Source: Collinsella sp. (lineage in GTDB: Bacteria; Actinomycetota; Coriobacteriia; Coriobacteriales; Coriobacteriaceae). From it: DNA of 64,000 bases. This document shows, piece after piece, positions 18,642 to 28,374 of this stretch (positions within the stretch are counted from its first letter, which is position 1; every line of letters starts with the position of its first letter). The stretch covers positions 50,180 through 114,179 of the forward strand of contig DXML01000020.1 of assembly GCA_019414205.1 (NCBI GenBank). Reading direction: 5' to 3'. Under the pieces are notes generated by a model. It searched no databases. It was not told where the DNA came from and worked only from the letters and a program-made list of their open reading frames with translations. Made by a program: the position numbers and the translations under genes.

Positions 18642-19006
18642 TGCCAAGTGGGCCTGTAAGCCGGGTTCTGTCGTGAACGGTCATTTATCTTGTCTGCACG
18701 TTACCGTGCAGCTCCACGCACGCTACCCGAACGCGGACCGGGCCGGCCCATAGCGTTCCTATTCGCGCTTGCTCCGGATGGGGCTTGCCAAGCCGCCGTG
18801 TTGCCACGACGCTGGTGGTCTCTTACACCACCGTTTCAGCTTTTCCCTTTACGCCTTGCGGCGCAGGTGGGAGTCTTCTTTTCTGCGGCGCTTTCCGTCG
18901 GATCACTCCGCCCGGCCGTTAGCCGGCATCCCGCCCTCTGGAGCCCGGACTTTCCTCACGCGTACTGCAAGCAGCACATCGCGCGACCGTCTGGCCCACT
19001 CAGCAG
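18642..19006 (-). ncRNA. rnpB: RNase P RNA, bacterial type A
   Basis: Minus strand reads ...GAGUGGGCCAGACGGUCGCGCG...GAGGAAAGUCCGGGCUCCAGAGGGCGGGAUGCCGGCUAACGGCC...ACAGAACCCGGCUUACAGGCCCACUUGG. P1 pairs GAGUGGGCC with GGCCCACUU. Ends are approximate, +/-5 nt. Confidence 0.9.
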
Positions 19007-19012
19007 TGCAAG

Positions 19013-19039
19013 AGTGTAACACACCGTTACCGCAGGCAA
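19013..19039 (-). promoter_or_regulatory. Putative rnpB promoter
   Basis: Minus strand TTGCCT - 15 nt - TGtTACACT (extended -10), about 7 nt upstream of the predicted rnpB 5' end. Confidence 0.4.
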
Positions 19040-19267
19040 TGGCACAACGCAAACGCTCGACACGATAAACCAAGAACCGCCATGCGTTACAATGATCCTG
19101 TCGATGGGCAACGTCGTCAGTCGAGACGCGACCGCGCTCCGCACCCCTCCGTCTACTCGGTGTGTTCCCGCCTCCTCCCCGAGGCGGGATGTCGGCTTTT
19201 TTCATGCACCGACAATCCAATAGCCTGTGGACAGCCCGGCAGCATTGCGCATCTCGGTGCCAAATGC

Positions 19268-19299
19268 AAAAAGGGACCCGTCCATTACGGACGGATCCC
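19268..19299 (-). terminator. Rho-independent terminator after rpsA
   Basis: Minus strand GGGATCCGTCC-gtaat-GGACGGGTCCC followed by TTTTT. Confidence 0.8.
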
Positions 19300-19325
19300 T
19301 TAAAACAAGTGATCGTCAAACCGAT

Positions 19326-20492
19326 TTACTCGGCGTCGGTCTCCTCGTCCTTCTTCTCGGAAGGCAGCGGGGTAACCTCGATCTCGACGCCCAGAGTCTC
19401 AGCAGCAGACTTCATGGACAGGGAGATACGACGACGGTCGAGGTCAATCTCCATGACCTTGACCTGAACCTTGTCGCCAACGTGGGTGACCTGAGAAGGC
19501 TGGTCCACGTGCTTGTTGGCCATCTCGGAGATGTGCACCAGGCCCTCGATGCCCTCGCCCAGGTCGACGAAAGCGCCGAACGGGACAAGCTTGGTCACAG
19601 TGCCCTCGACGATAGCGCCGACGGGGTACTTCTTGACCAGTGCGCGCCACGGATCCTCGGTGGTCTGCTTGAGACCCAGGGAGATGCGCTCGCGGTTGAG
19701 GTCGACGTCGAGAACCTCGACCTCGACCTCCTGGCCGACCTTGACAACCTCGGAAGGATGGTTGACGTGGTTCCAGGAGAGCTCGGAGATGTGGATGAGG
19801 CCGTCGATACCGCCGAGGTCGACGAAGGCGCCGAAGTCGACGATGGAGGAAACGGTGCCCTGGAGACGCATGCCAGACTTGAGCTTGGACAGGATCTCAG
19901 AGCGCTCGGCCTTACGGGACTCCTCGAGCACGACGCGACGGGAGAGGACGACGTTGTTGCGGTTGCGGTCCATCTCGATGACGCGGGCCTCGATGCGGGT
20001 GCCCATGTAAGAGGTGAGGTCCTTGACGCGACGGAGGTCGACGAGGGAAGCGGGCAGGAAGCCACGCAGGCCGATGTCGAGGATCAGGCCGCCCTTGACA
20101 ACCTCGATAACCTCGCCCTCGACGTTCTCGCCGGAGTTGAACTTCTCCTCGATGCGGTTCCAAGCACGCTCGTACTCGGCACGCTTCTTGGACAGGACCA
20201 GACGACCGTCCTTGTCCTCCTTCTGGAGAACCAGGGCCTCGATGGGATCACCGAGTGCAACGATGTCTGCAGGGTTAGCGTCCTTGCGGATGGACAGCTC
20301 GCGGACCGGGATAACGCCCTCGGACTTGAATCCGATGTCAACGAGCACCTCGTCATGCTCGATCTTAACGACAGTGCCGTTAACGAGATCGCCCTCATCA
20401 AAGTCGGTAATCGTACCGTCGATGAGGTTGTTCATCTCCTCCTCGTTGACATCGTCAAGAGAGAAAATGGACGAGTTCTGAATCTCACTCAA
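19326..20492 (-). CDS. rpsA: 30S ribosomal protein S1 (four S1 domains)
   Basis: 388 aa with repeated S1-domain pattern (GTVVKIEHDEVLVDIG, GEVIEVVKGGLILDIG, GTVSSIVDFGAFVDLG, GTVTKLVPFGAFVDLG). Confidence 0.9.
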   Translation of the reverse strand: MSEIQNSSIFSLDDVNEEEMNNLIDGTITDFDEGDLVNGTVVKIEHDEVLVDIGFKSEGVIPVRELSIRKDANPADIVALGDPIEALVLQKEDKDGRLVLSKKRAEYERAWNRIEEKFNSGENVEGEVIEVVKGGLILDIGLRGFLPASLVDLRRVKDLTSYMGTRIEARVIEMDRNRNNVVLSRRVVLEESRKAERSEILSKLKSGMRLQGTVSSIVDFGAFVDLGGIDGLIHISELSWNHVNHPSEVVKVGQEVEVEVLDVDLNRERISLGLKQTTEDPWRALVKKYPVGAIVEGTVTKLVPFGAFVDLGEGIEGLVHISEMANKHVDQPSQVTHVGDKVQVKVMEIDLDRRRISLSMKSAAETLGVEIEVTPLPSEKKDEETDAE

Positions 20493-20807
20493 AGGTGGAC
20501 CCCTTTCGAACTACGGGGCCCCGATTGCTAGGACCTACAGAAGGGTGCGACAAGCACACAACGTTTAGGAACACTCGGGAGCCGACAGATACTAATGTGA
20601 CGCTTATGCAATCACGTTCGTATAGGTTACGGGGAAATGAGTTCGATTTCAAGCGTGAACTGCGATTTTTTACTCGTGTGGAGACTTTTTCGTAATCTTA
20701 TGAACACACGTCTCCGCAACTTGACGATAACCAGCCAGGCATTCGGCTTTGGGGTAAAGTATCCGGAGCCAACGATTCTAGATCGATTTTTCGAGAAAGG
20801 TGCCCGC

Positions 20808-21566
20808 GTGCTCAAAGCAGTCGTTTTCGATATGGACGAAACGCTTCTTAGCATCAACCTCAACGCGTTCATCCTTCGCTATTTTAAGGATGTCTCTTCG
20901 ATGCTCGCGGATATCGGGCGCCGCAGCCGCGGTGGCACGATGGCACGCCTCGGCACCATCCTGGTCGACCTCAACGCCAATCGCCGCAGCAGCACGGACA
21001 ATCGCACCAATCTTGAGTTTTACCAAGAAGAGGTCGAGCGCCGATGCGGCATTTGCCTCTCGGACCCACTTATCTACGAGGCGTTTACCTACTACGACCG
21101 CGAAGTTCTTCCGTACAAGAATGACGAACTCATCAACGCCCATGCCATGCCGGGCGCACACGCCGCGCTTCAGGCCGTACAGGACGCAGGGCTGCGCTGC
21201 GCGCTCTTTACCAACCCCAGCTTTCCGCAGGGGGCCATCGAGTGCCGCATGGGTTGGGGCGACCTGGCCGACGCCCCCTTTGAACTCGTGACGCACATGG
21301 GAAACGCCACCCGCTGCAAGCCCGATGCCACCTACTATCTAGAGCAGCTTCAGGTGATGGGACTCGAGCCGCACGAGGTCCTTATGGTGGGCAACGACCC
21401 CAAGCGTGACTTCCCCAACCCCGCCTGCGGCATTCAAACCGCCTATGTTGGCCAGGGAAAACCCGGCCGAGCTACCTGGCACGGAACCATGGAAGACTTC
21501 GCCCGCGACTTCAACGCCGTAGTCGAAGCCTTCTACGAGCACCAAGTAGCCGACGAACTGTCCTAG
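20808..21566 (+). CDS. HAD-superfamily hydrolase
   Basis: Start set to GTG 20808 (SD GAAAGG) so that motif I VVFDMDETLL is N-terminal. Also MVGNDPKRDF. Confidence 0.7.
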   Translation: MLKAVVFDMDETLLSINLNAFILRYFKDVSSMLADIGRRSRGGTMARLGTILVDLNANRRSSTDNRTNLEFYQEEVERRCGICLSDPLIYEAFTYYDREVLPYKNDELINAHAMPGAHAALQAVQDAGLRCALFTNPSFPQGAIECRMGWGDLADAPFELVTHMGNATRCKPDATYYLEQLQVMGLEPHEVLMVGNDPKRDFPNPACGIQTAYVGQGKPGRATWHGTMEDFARDFNAVVEAFYEHQVADELS

Positions 21567-22882
21567 CACACTTGGGTTTTGCCGATCATGATGTTGAGGA
21601 TCTCGACGTCGGTGTCCTTCATGCCCACACGGCCCACGTAGCCCATGCTGGCAATCGTCTGCTCGACGGTATCCTGGATCAAACCCTCGCCGGCACGGAA
21701 GCCACGCCCCTGCATGGCCATGTCATGTCCCAGAATCGCCGCATCGACGGCAGCCGAAATCTTGGCGGCACAGCTCGCCTTGGCGCCATCGCACACGATG
21801 CCGCCAACGTTACCGAGCGTGTTCGAAACCGTCGAGCCAATCTGCTCGCGCGTGCCACCGCACAGCCAGGTAATCGCAGCACCGGCACCGCACGCAGCGC
21901 AAATAGCACCGCAAAACGCCGAGAGCGCACCAATATAGCTCTTGATATGCACGGCGATAAGATCGGACAGCATCACGGCGCGCACCAGGCGCTCGTGGTC
22001 GCAGCGCAGGTATTCGGCATACTCCATGACGGGCAAGGCGCAGGTAATGCCTTGATTGCCCGAGCCGCACACAATGGCGACCGGCAGCGCGCAACCGTTC
22101 ATGCGGGCGTCGGACCCGGCGGCCGCACGGGCACGGGCACGGCAGGCGACGTCATCGGCACGAGCACCCAGCAGCGTACGACCCACCTCGGCGCCCCAAG
22201 CGTGCGCAAGGCCCTCGGCACTGATTGCGCCATTCAGCTCAATCTGACGCTCAACGGCAGCGCGGGCGCCCTCAATGTCACCGTCCTCGATAAAGTCGAT
22301 GATGGAATCAATGGACATGGGCGTATCGGCGTTATCTGCCGCACGCTCGGCCACCACGCGCTCGGCGCAGGCGGCGCACTCCCCCGCCGACTTGCCGCAT
22401 ACCGGAATACCATCGAGCGTATGGCACGTGACATTAGTGTGGTGATCGGTAATCTCGACGACCGCGGTATGGCCCCCGGCCGTCGCAGTCACCTTGATGT
22501 AGAGGTTGGGCACACCCTCGACAAGCGACACATCGCAGTAGCCGGCGTCGGCGAGGAGCTCGGCCACACGAGCGCGGTCTTCATCGTTAACGCTCTCGAG
22601 CACCTCAAGCGCGCTCTTAGCGTCGCCGCCCACGGCACCCAGCACGGCCGCGGCCTCAATACCGTGCATACCGCCCGAGTTGGGCACGGTCACGCTCTTA
22701 ACGTTCTTGATTATGTTACCCGAGCAGGCAACATTCATATGATCGGGTTCGCAACCGAGCGTCTGGCTCGCCAGCGCCGCTGCATAGGCAACGGCAATGG
22801 GCTCGGTGCAGCCGAGTGCACAGACAAGCTCGCGGTTCAAAACATCGCAAAACGCGGCATCACGGATGGAATCGGTAGGCAT
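21563..22882 (-). CDS. UPF0597/YhaM-type serine dehydratase-alpha-like protein (L-cysteine desulfidase family)
   Basis: 439 aa: ALGCTEPIAVAYAAA, SGNIIKNVKSVTVPNSGG, VCDGAKASCAAK. Confidence 0.7.
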   Translation of the reverse strand: MPTDSIRDAAFCDVLNRELVCALGCTEPIAVAYAAALASQTLGCEPDHMNVACSGNIIKNVKSVTVPNSGGMHGIEAAAVLGAVGGDAKSALEVLESVNDEDRARVAELLADAGYCDVSLVEGVPNLYIKVTATAGGHTAVVEITDHHTNVTCHTLDGIPVCGKSAGECAACAERVVAERAADNADTPMSIDSIIDFIEDGDIEGARAAVERQIELNGAISAEGLAHAWGAEVGRTLLGARADDVACRARARAAAGSDARMNGCALPVAIVCGSGNQGITCALPVMEYAEYLRCDHERLVRAVMLSDLIAVHIKSYIGALSAFCGAICAACGAGAAITWLCGGTREQIGSTVSNTLGNVGGIVCDGAKASCAAKISAAVDAAILGHDMAMQGRGFRAGEGLIQDTVEQTIASMGYVGRVGMKDTDVEILNIMIGKTQVC

Positions 22883-23152
22883 AGGTATCTCCTGCTTGCA
22901 TAACGGGCTGGACTCTCAAAAAAGTTAGCTCCTTTATTTGATAACAATGCATCAAAAACCGCAACCACGGTTCCGGCGGACGGCGCTCAAGCACAAATTG
23001 GCGGCATTATTCATGAGAAGCCGGTCTTGTTGCCTGCTAAAGCGTTTGACCAAAAAACGCCCGAGCGTTTACGCAAAAGTCGCGCTATCATGCAGTCGAA
23101 CGCGGTAAACACCTTTAGCATTTGCGCCGCACAGACCAGAGAGGAACCATCT

Positions 23153-23620
23153 ATGAAGATCGGTATCGGTAACGACCACGCCGCCGTCGAGCTCAAGAAC
23201 ATCATTTCCGAGCACCTGAAGGAGCGCGGCTGCGAGGTCGTGAACTTTGGCACCGACACCTCCGAGAGCTTTGACTACCCCATCGCCGGCTACAAGGTGG
23301 GTAAGGCCGTTGCCAACGGCGACGTCGACCTGGGCATCCTGATCTGCGGTACCGGCGTCGGGATCAGCCTGGCTGCCAACAAGGTCGAGGGCGTACGCGC
23401 CGTCGTGTGCTCCGAGCCCTTCAGCGCCAAGCTCTCCCGTATGCACAACAACACCAACGTGCTCGCCTTTGGCGCCCGCGTCGTTGGCTCCGAGCTCGCT
23501 AAGATGATCGTCGACGAGTGGCTCGACGCCGAGTTCGAGGGCGGCCGTCACGAGCGTCGCGTTAACCTCCTCAACGAGATCGACCACACCCGCGGCCTCA
23601 AGGTCGTCGACGAGGCCTAA
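23153..23620 (+). CDS. rpiB: Ribose-5-phosphate isomerase B
   Basis: MKIGIGNDHAAVELK...LICGTGVGISLAANK...RHERRV. SD AGAGAGGAA. Confidence 0.9.
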   Translation: MKIGIGNDHAAVELKNIISEHLKERGCEVVNFGTDTSESFDYPIAGYKVGKAVANGDVDLGILICGTGVGISLAANKVEGVRAVVCSEPFSAKLSRMHNNTNVLAFGARVVGSELAKMIVDEWLDAEFEGGRHERRVNLLNEIDHTRGLKVVDEA

Positions 23621-23646
23621 ACTACTCAGCGCCACAAGCTAACAGC

Positions 23647-23686
23647 AAGGGGCCCGCTCGGAACACACATCCGGGCGGGCCCCTTT
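23647..23686 (+). terminator. GC-rich terminator hairpin after rpiB
   Basis: AAGGGGCCCGC-loop-GCGGGCCCCTT followed by TG. Confidence 0.6.
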
Positions 23687-23694
23687 GTAGATTA

Positions 23695-23762
23695 TTGGGA
23701 CATGCCTTAAAATCTACCTTTTGCTGCACAGATGGCGAAAAGTAGATTTAAGGCATGTCCCA
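23695..23762. repeat. 68-bp near-perfect palindromic element (GGGACATGCCTTAAAATCTACCTTTT arms)
   Basis: The left arm at 23697-23722 pairs with the right arm ending at 23762, with two 1-nt indels. A solo half copy lies at 43994-44019. Confidence 0.7.
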
Positions 23763-23775
23763 AAAATCTACTGGG

Positions 23776-23814
23776 ATAAATAAAGGGCGCCGCGGATGGA
23801 GTTCCGCGGCGCCC
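23776..23814 (-). terminator. Rho-independent terminator after ndk
   Basis: Minus strand GGGCGCCGCGG-loop-CCGCGGCGCCC followed by TTTATTTAT. Confidence 0.75.
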
Positions 23815-23852
23815 AAGCCACACGCTAACAGCTTTAAGGAGTCAAAGCTGGC

Positions 23853-24257
23853 TTAGCCAAAGAAGCGCTTGATCTCAATATCGGCGTTCTCCAGGCAGTC
23901 GGAGCCGTGGATCACGTTGGCGTTGACATCGACGGCAAAGTCGCCGCGAATGGTGCCGGGGGCAGCATCAAGCGGGTTGGTAGCGCCCATAAGGGTGCGC
24001 ATCTTGGAGACAGCGGAAAGACCGGAAACAACCATCTTGACAACCGGACCGCTCGTCATAAAGTCGCAGAGACCGCCAAAGAAGGGTTTGTCGGCCAGAT
24101 GGGCGTAGTGCTCCTCGACGGTAGCGCGCTCGAGCGTGGTCATCTCCATGCGCTCGATGACAAGGCCGCTGCGCTCAATGCGAGCAACGATCTCGCCGAT
24201 CTTGCGGTCGCGCACGGCGTCGGGCTTAATCATGATGAAGGTCTTCTCGATAGCCAT
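23853..24257 (-). CDS. ndk: Nucleoside diphosphate kinase
   Basis: MAIEKTFIMIKPDAV...NVIHGSD (active-site His). Confidence 0.9.
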   Translation of the reverse strand: MAIEKTFIMIKPDAVRDRKIGEIVARIERSGLVIERMEMTTLERATVEEHYAHLADKPFFGGLCDFMTSGPVVKMVVSGLSAVSKMRTLMGATNPLDAAPGTIRGDFAVDVNANVIHGSDCLENADIEIKRFFG

Positions 24258-24641
24258 AAGGTAGCCTTTCAAGTAGGTTCGCGCGTGCCCAAGTCCCATT
24301 CCGGCACCCGCCTGGACTGCATCGTAACAGAGTTTTAGCTGCAGTTAAACAAAAAGCTGTTTATTGAAACGCTGCAATTTATTAAAGCGCTCCATATGTG
24401 TCACTTCTGTTTCGAAGCCCGATTAGAGTACCATCCGACCGCTCATCAACCACATGGAACAGAGCGGGCGGTCGGTTGCCACCCGCGAACGTACCCCCTT
24501 CACAACCTGCCCAAAGGTCCTACAGAAGTTCTCGACAAGCCCCTCCCCCATAGCAGCAAAATAGGGGCGCCCGCATCAGCAGACGCCCGTAAAGCTAAAA
24601 CGATTTATCAATAAATGGACAATACGTCTTCAGCCAAACCT

Positions 24642-26072
24642 CTACTTTGCCCCGTGACCCATCTCGACAACCTTGGTTAGCGATCCAAACACGCCTTCGT
24701 CGGCCACGAGCTGCGCCTCGGCACGCTGCAGCTGCACGGCAACGGCGGCAGGGGCGGTACCGCCCTCGGTCGTGCGCGCGGCGACAATCGACGGGATATC
24801 GAGCGCCTCGGTAATATCGCGCTCAAAGAGCGGGCTTGCCTCCTGGAACACCTCAAACGGCAGGTCCTCAAGATTGCAGCCGCGCTTCTCACACATCAGG
24901 ACCAGGTGCCCCACCACGGCATGTGCCTCGCGGAACGGTAGACCGCGCTTTGCCAGGTAATCGGCAACATCGGTGGCGGCAAGGTGCCCCACGCCGCACT
25001 CGCGCGCCATGGCATCCTCGTTGACGGTCCAGGTCGAAATCATTCCGGCCATAACGGACAGGCACTGCATGAGCGTGTGAGCGGTATCGAGCGCGCCCTC
25101 CTTGTCCTCCTGCAAGTCCTTGTTATAAGCGAGCGGCAGGCCCTTCATGGTTACCAGCAGCTGCACCAGGTTGCCGTACACGCGACCGCTCTTACCGCGG
25201 ATAAGCTCGGCAAAGTCGGGATTCTTCTTCTGCGGCATGATGGACGAGCCGGTGGAGTAGGAGTCTGAAAGCGTGATAAAGCCAAATTCGGAGCTCGACC
25301 ACAGCACGATCTCCTCGGAAAGACGCGACAGGTGCATCGCCATGACGGATCCGGCGTAATGCAGATCGAGCAGGAAATCACGGTCGGAAACCGCATCGAG
25401 CGAGTTGGGAATCACGCCCGCAAAGCCAAGTTCGGCAGCCGTCATCTGGCGATCGAGCGGATAGCTCGTACCGGCAAGCGCGGCAGCACCCAGCGGGCAG
25501 TTGTCGGCGGCATCAAAGGCGGCCTTCAGGCGCGTAAAGTCGCGCGCGAACATCCAGGAATACGCCAGCAGATGATGCGAGAGCAGCACGGGCTGAGCGT
25601 GCTGCATATGCGTGTAGCCCGGAAGAATCACCTTGTCGTACTTCTTGGCCGCATCCACCAGCACATGGCGCAGCTCAAGATTGGCCTCCATGAGCTCCTT
25701 GGCCAGCGCCTTGACGCCCAGGCGCGTATCGGTCGCCACCTGGTCGTTGCGCGAACGCCCAGTATGCAAGCGCTTGCCAGCCTCGCCGATACGACGCGTC
25801 AGCTCGCTTTCGATGGACATATGAATGTCCTCGTCGTTGATATCAAAGGTGAAGTTGCCGGCATCGATATCCTGTTCGATTCCGGTCAGGCCCTCGGCAA
25901 TCGCCTGCTCGTCCTCGGCGCTGATAATGCCCTGGGCCGCCAGCATCTTGGCATGTGCCTTAGATCCGGCGATATCCTGCTTATAGAGATGTTTGTCAAC
26001 CGGCAACGACGCGCCAAACTCCTGCGTGACCTCGGCCACGCCTGCCTCAAAACGACCGCCCCAAAGAGCCAT
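24642..26072 (-). CDS. argH: Argininosuccinate lyase
   Basis: MALWGGRFEAG...TGRSRNDQVATD...GSSIMPQKKNPD. Start set to ATG 26072 (SD AAAGGGGA). Confidence 0.9.
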   Translation of the reverse strand: MALWGGRFEAGVAEVTQEFGASLPVDKHLYKQDIAGSKAHAKMLAAQGIISAEDEQAIAEGLTGIEQDIDAGNFTFDINDEDIHMSIESELTRRIGEAGKRLHTGRSRNDQVATDTRLGVKALAKELMEANLELRHVLVDAAKKYDKVILPGYTHMQHAQPVLLSHHLLAYSWMFARDFTRLKAAFDAADNCPLGAAALAGTSYPLDRQMTAAELGFAGVIPNSLDAVSDRDFLLDLHYAGSVMAMHLSRLSEEIVLWSSSEFGFITLSDSYSTGSSIMPQKKNPDFAELIRGKSGRVYGNLVQLLVTMKGLPLAYNKDLQEDKEGALDTAHTLMQCLSVMAGMISTWTVNEDAMARECGVGHLAATDVADYLAKRGLPFREAHAVVGHLVLMCEKRGCNLEDLPFEVFQEASPLFERDITEALDIPSIVAARTTEGGTAPAAVAVQLQRAEAQLVADEGVFGSLTKVVEMGHGAK

Positions 26073-26593
26073 GGAACCGTCCCCTTTCATCAAATCCCAA
26101 AACAAGCGCCCAAAGCAATGCGCCCTGTCGCTAAAGCGATTTCTCAACCGCTAGTTTTGCATATTCCCCACCATGTGCGAGGCCATATAGCTAATTTGCA
26201 AAGAAGTGACGCGCCATGCACTTGGCGCCCAACGTCTCCCTCCGAATGTTGCCCTGCGAACCATCGATCCAGGCCTTAGGCTCATAGGAACGTCCTCGAC
26301 CTTTGCAGCATCGAACTCGGGCGCGAGGGCAAGTAAAGCATGCGCGATAGCATTGAACATAATGGATACTCCCCATATATATAGGCGCAGGGCCGTCAAA
26401 TTGATAGGAGGAGCCCCGCCGGACAACCCCGGCGGGGCTCGGACTCAGCCGCAGACGCGGCATCATATATGCGGGCGGAACGTAGGGGCCACCGATGTTA
26501 AGAAGTGTCAGCAAGCATAACGAAAGGTAGGGACCCCATGCGCCCGTTATGTATCACGCGGATGGGCCGCGCGGATACCAAAGGAAGGAGGCG

Positions 26594-27820
26594 CTAGGCC
26601 TGGGCGGCAGCAGAGCTGGGGCCCTGGACCTTAGCCCACGTCTTGAGCGACAGCGTATCGATCTCGATAAAGCCGGCGCTGGCCTTCTCGTCAAACGTAG
26701 TGTCGCGGTCGTAGGTAGCCAGACCGTAGTCATACAGGCTAAACGGGCTCTTGCGGCCGACGACATGGCAGTTGCCCTTAAAGAACTTCAGACGGACGGT
26801 GCCGGTCACGAACTTCTGGGTGTCGGCCATAAAGGCATCGAGCGCGTTTTTGAGCGGGCTGTACCACTGGCCGTTGTACACGGCGGTGGCCCAATCCTGC
26901 TCGAGCTTAATCTTGGTCTTGAGCAGGTCGCCCTCGACGCAGATGTCCTCGAGCGCCTTGTGGGCGGTGATGAGCGTCAGGGCGCCAGGAACCTCGTAGC
27001 ACTCGCGACTCTTGAGGCCCACCAGACGATCCTCGACCAGGTCGAGACGGCCAAAGCCGTTGTCACCCGAAATCTTGTTGAGGGCGATGACGATCTCGGA
27101 GAGTTTCATCTTCTTGCCATCGACGGCGACGGGCTTGCCCGCCTCAAACTCAATCTCGGTGTAGGTCGGGGTGTCCGGCGTGTCCTCGGGGTTCTTGGTC
27201 ATAACCCAGGCGTCGTCGAGCGGCTCGTTCCAGGGATCCTCCAGGTGACCGCACTCGATGGCGCGACCCCACAGGTTGTCGTCGATGGAATAGGGGTTGT
27301 CGTTGGCGCCCTCGGGAACCGGCACGTTGTGGGCGTGAGCATAGGCAACCTCATCGGGACGGCACTTCAGATCCCACTCGCGAACCGGGGCGATAACCTT
27401 AAGCTCGGGGTCGAGGGCCTTGACGGCAGCCTCAAAACGAACCTGGTCGTTACCCTTGCCGGTGCAGCCGTGGGCGACGTAGGTCGCGCCAAACTCGTGA
27501 GCGACCTCGACAAGCTTCTTGGCGAGCAGCGGGCGAGACAGCGCGGAGAGCAGCGGGTACTTGTTCTCGTACATGGAGTTTGCGGCGATGGCCTTAGTCA
27601 GGAACTCATCGGAGAACTCGTCGCGCAGGTCGAGCACCTGGCAATCGAGAACGCCCAGGTCAAGCGCCTTCTGCTTCTTGGCATCCAAGCCGGTCTCCTC
27701 CTGGCCCACGTTGCCGCAGACGCAAACGACATCGAGATTCTTCTCGTCCTGGAGCCACTTGACACATACGGATGTATCAAGACCACCGGAATATGCGAGA
27801 ACGACTTTTTCCTTGCTCAT
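26594..27820 (-). CDS. argG: Argininosuccinate synthase
   Basis: MSKEKVVLAYSGGLDTSV...HGCTGKGNDQVRFE. Start set to ATG 27820 (SD GAAAGGA). Confidence 0.9.
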   Translation of the reverse strand: MSKEKVVLAYSGGLDTSVCVKWLQDEKNLDVVCVCGNVGQEETGLDAKKQKALDLGVLDCQVLDLRDEFSDEFLTKAIAANSMYENKYPLLSALSRPLLAKKLVEVAHEFGATYVAHGCTGKGNDQVRFEAAVKALDPELKVIAPVREWDLKCRPDEVAYAHAHNVPVPEGANDNPYSIDDNLWGRAIECGHLEDPWNEPLDDAWVMTKNPEDTPDTPTYTEIEFEAGKPVAVDGKKMKLSEIVIALNKISGDNGFGRLDLVEDRLVGLKSRECYEVPGALTLITAHKALEDICVEGDLLKTKIKLEQDWATAVYNGQWYSPLKNALDAFMADTQKFVTGTVRLKFFKGNCHVVGRKSPFSLYDYGLATYDRDTTFDEKASAGFIEIDTLSLKTWAKVQGPSSAAAQA

Positions 27821-28374
27821 GGCTGTTTCCTTTCGCCCTTGGTAGCTAGTTAGAACATCGGTCAGTTGCAAGTCATTTCGAGGTCAAAAAACCGTGCAAT
27901 ATCAGGTTAAATAGCAAAAAGCAGCACAGCATGCTCTAGAAACATGCGTTTATATCGTGCTAAAACCCAACGACCTCAAAATGACTCTGTTGGGGCATTT
28001 CACCCCATACGAACAGAGACGATTGTTATCGTCGTCGGGAAATTGCGCGCTGGCGTCGGATGGCATTATCTGCAGTGGTGATGATCTTTACGAACTGCAT
28101 CTGCCTCTCCTTTCACCTATCGCCGGGCGCAATTCTAATATCGTAAACGGTACCTTTTCTTCGGTAAGCGGTTGTATTTCCGTCTCCGTTTTCGATGGTC
28201 GCTATATTACGCTAAAGTGCCCGCAGCACAAGCGACAAATTCAAATTTCTGAAAAGTTTTTTCATTACTTTGTGAAGCGTGGTGCAAATACGCTCCGTTC
28301 CTGCGACAATACGCTCAGTTACTGGTTGATGGTTATAACGTCTGAAACAATTTCGAAACGAAAGGCGCGCTTTT

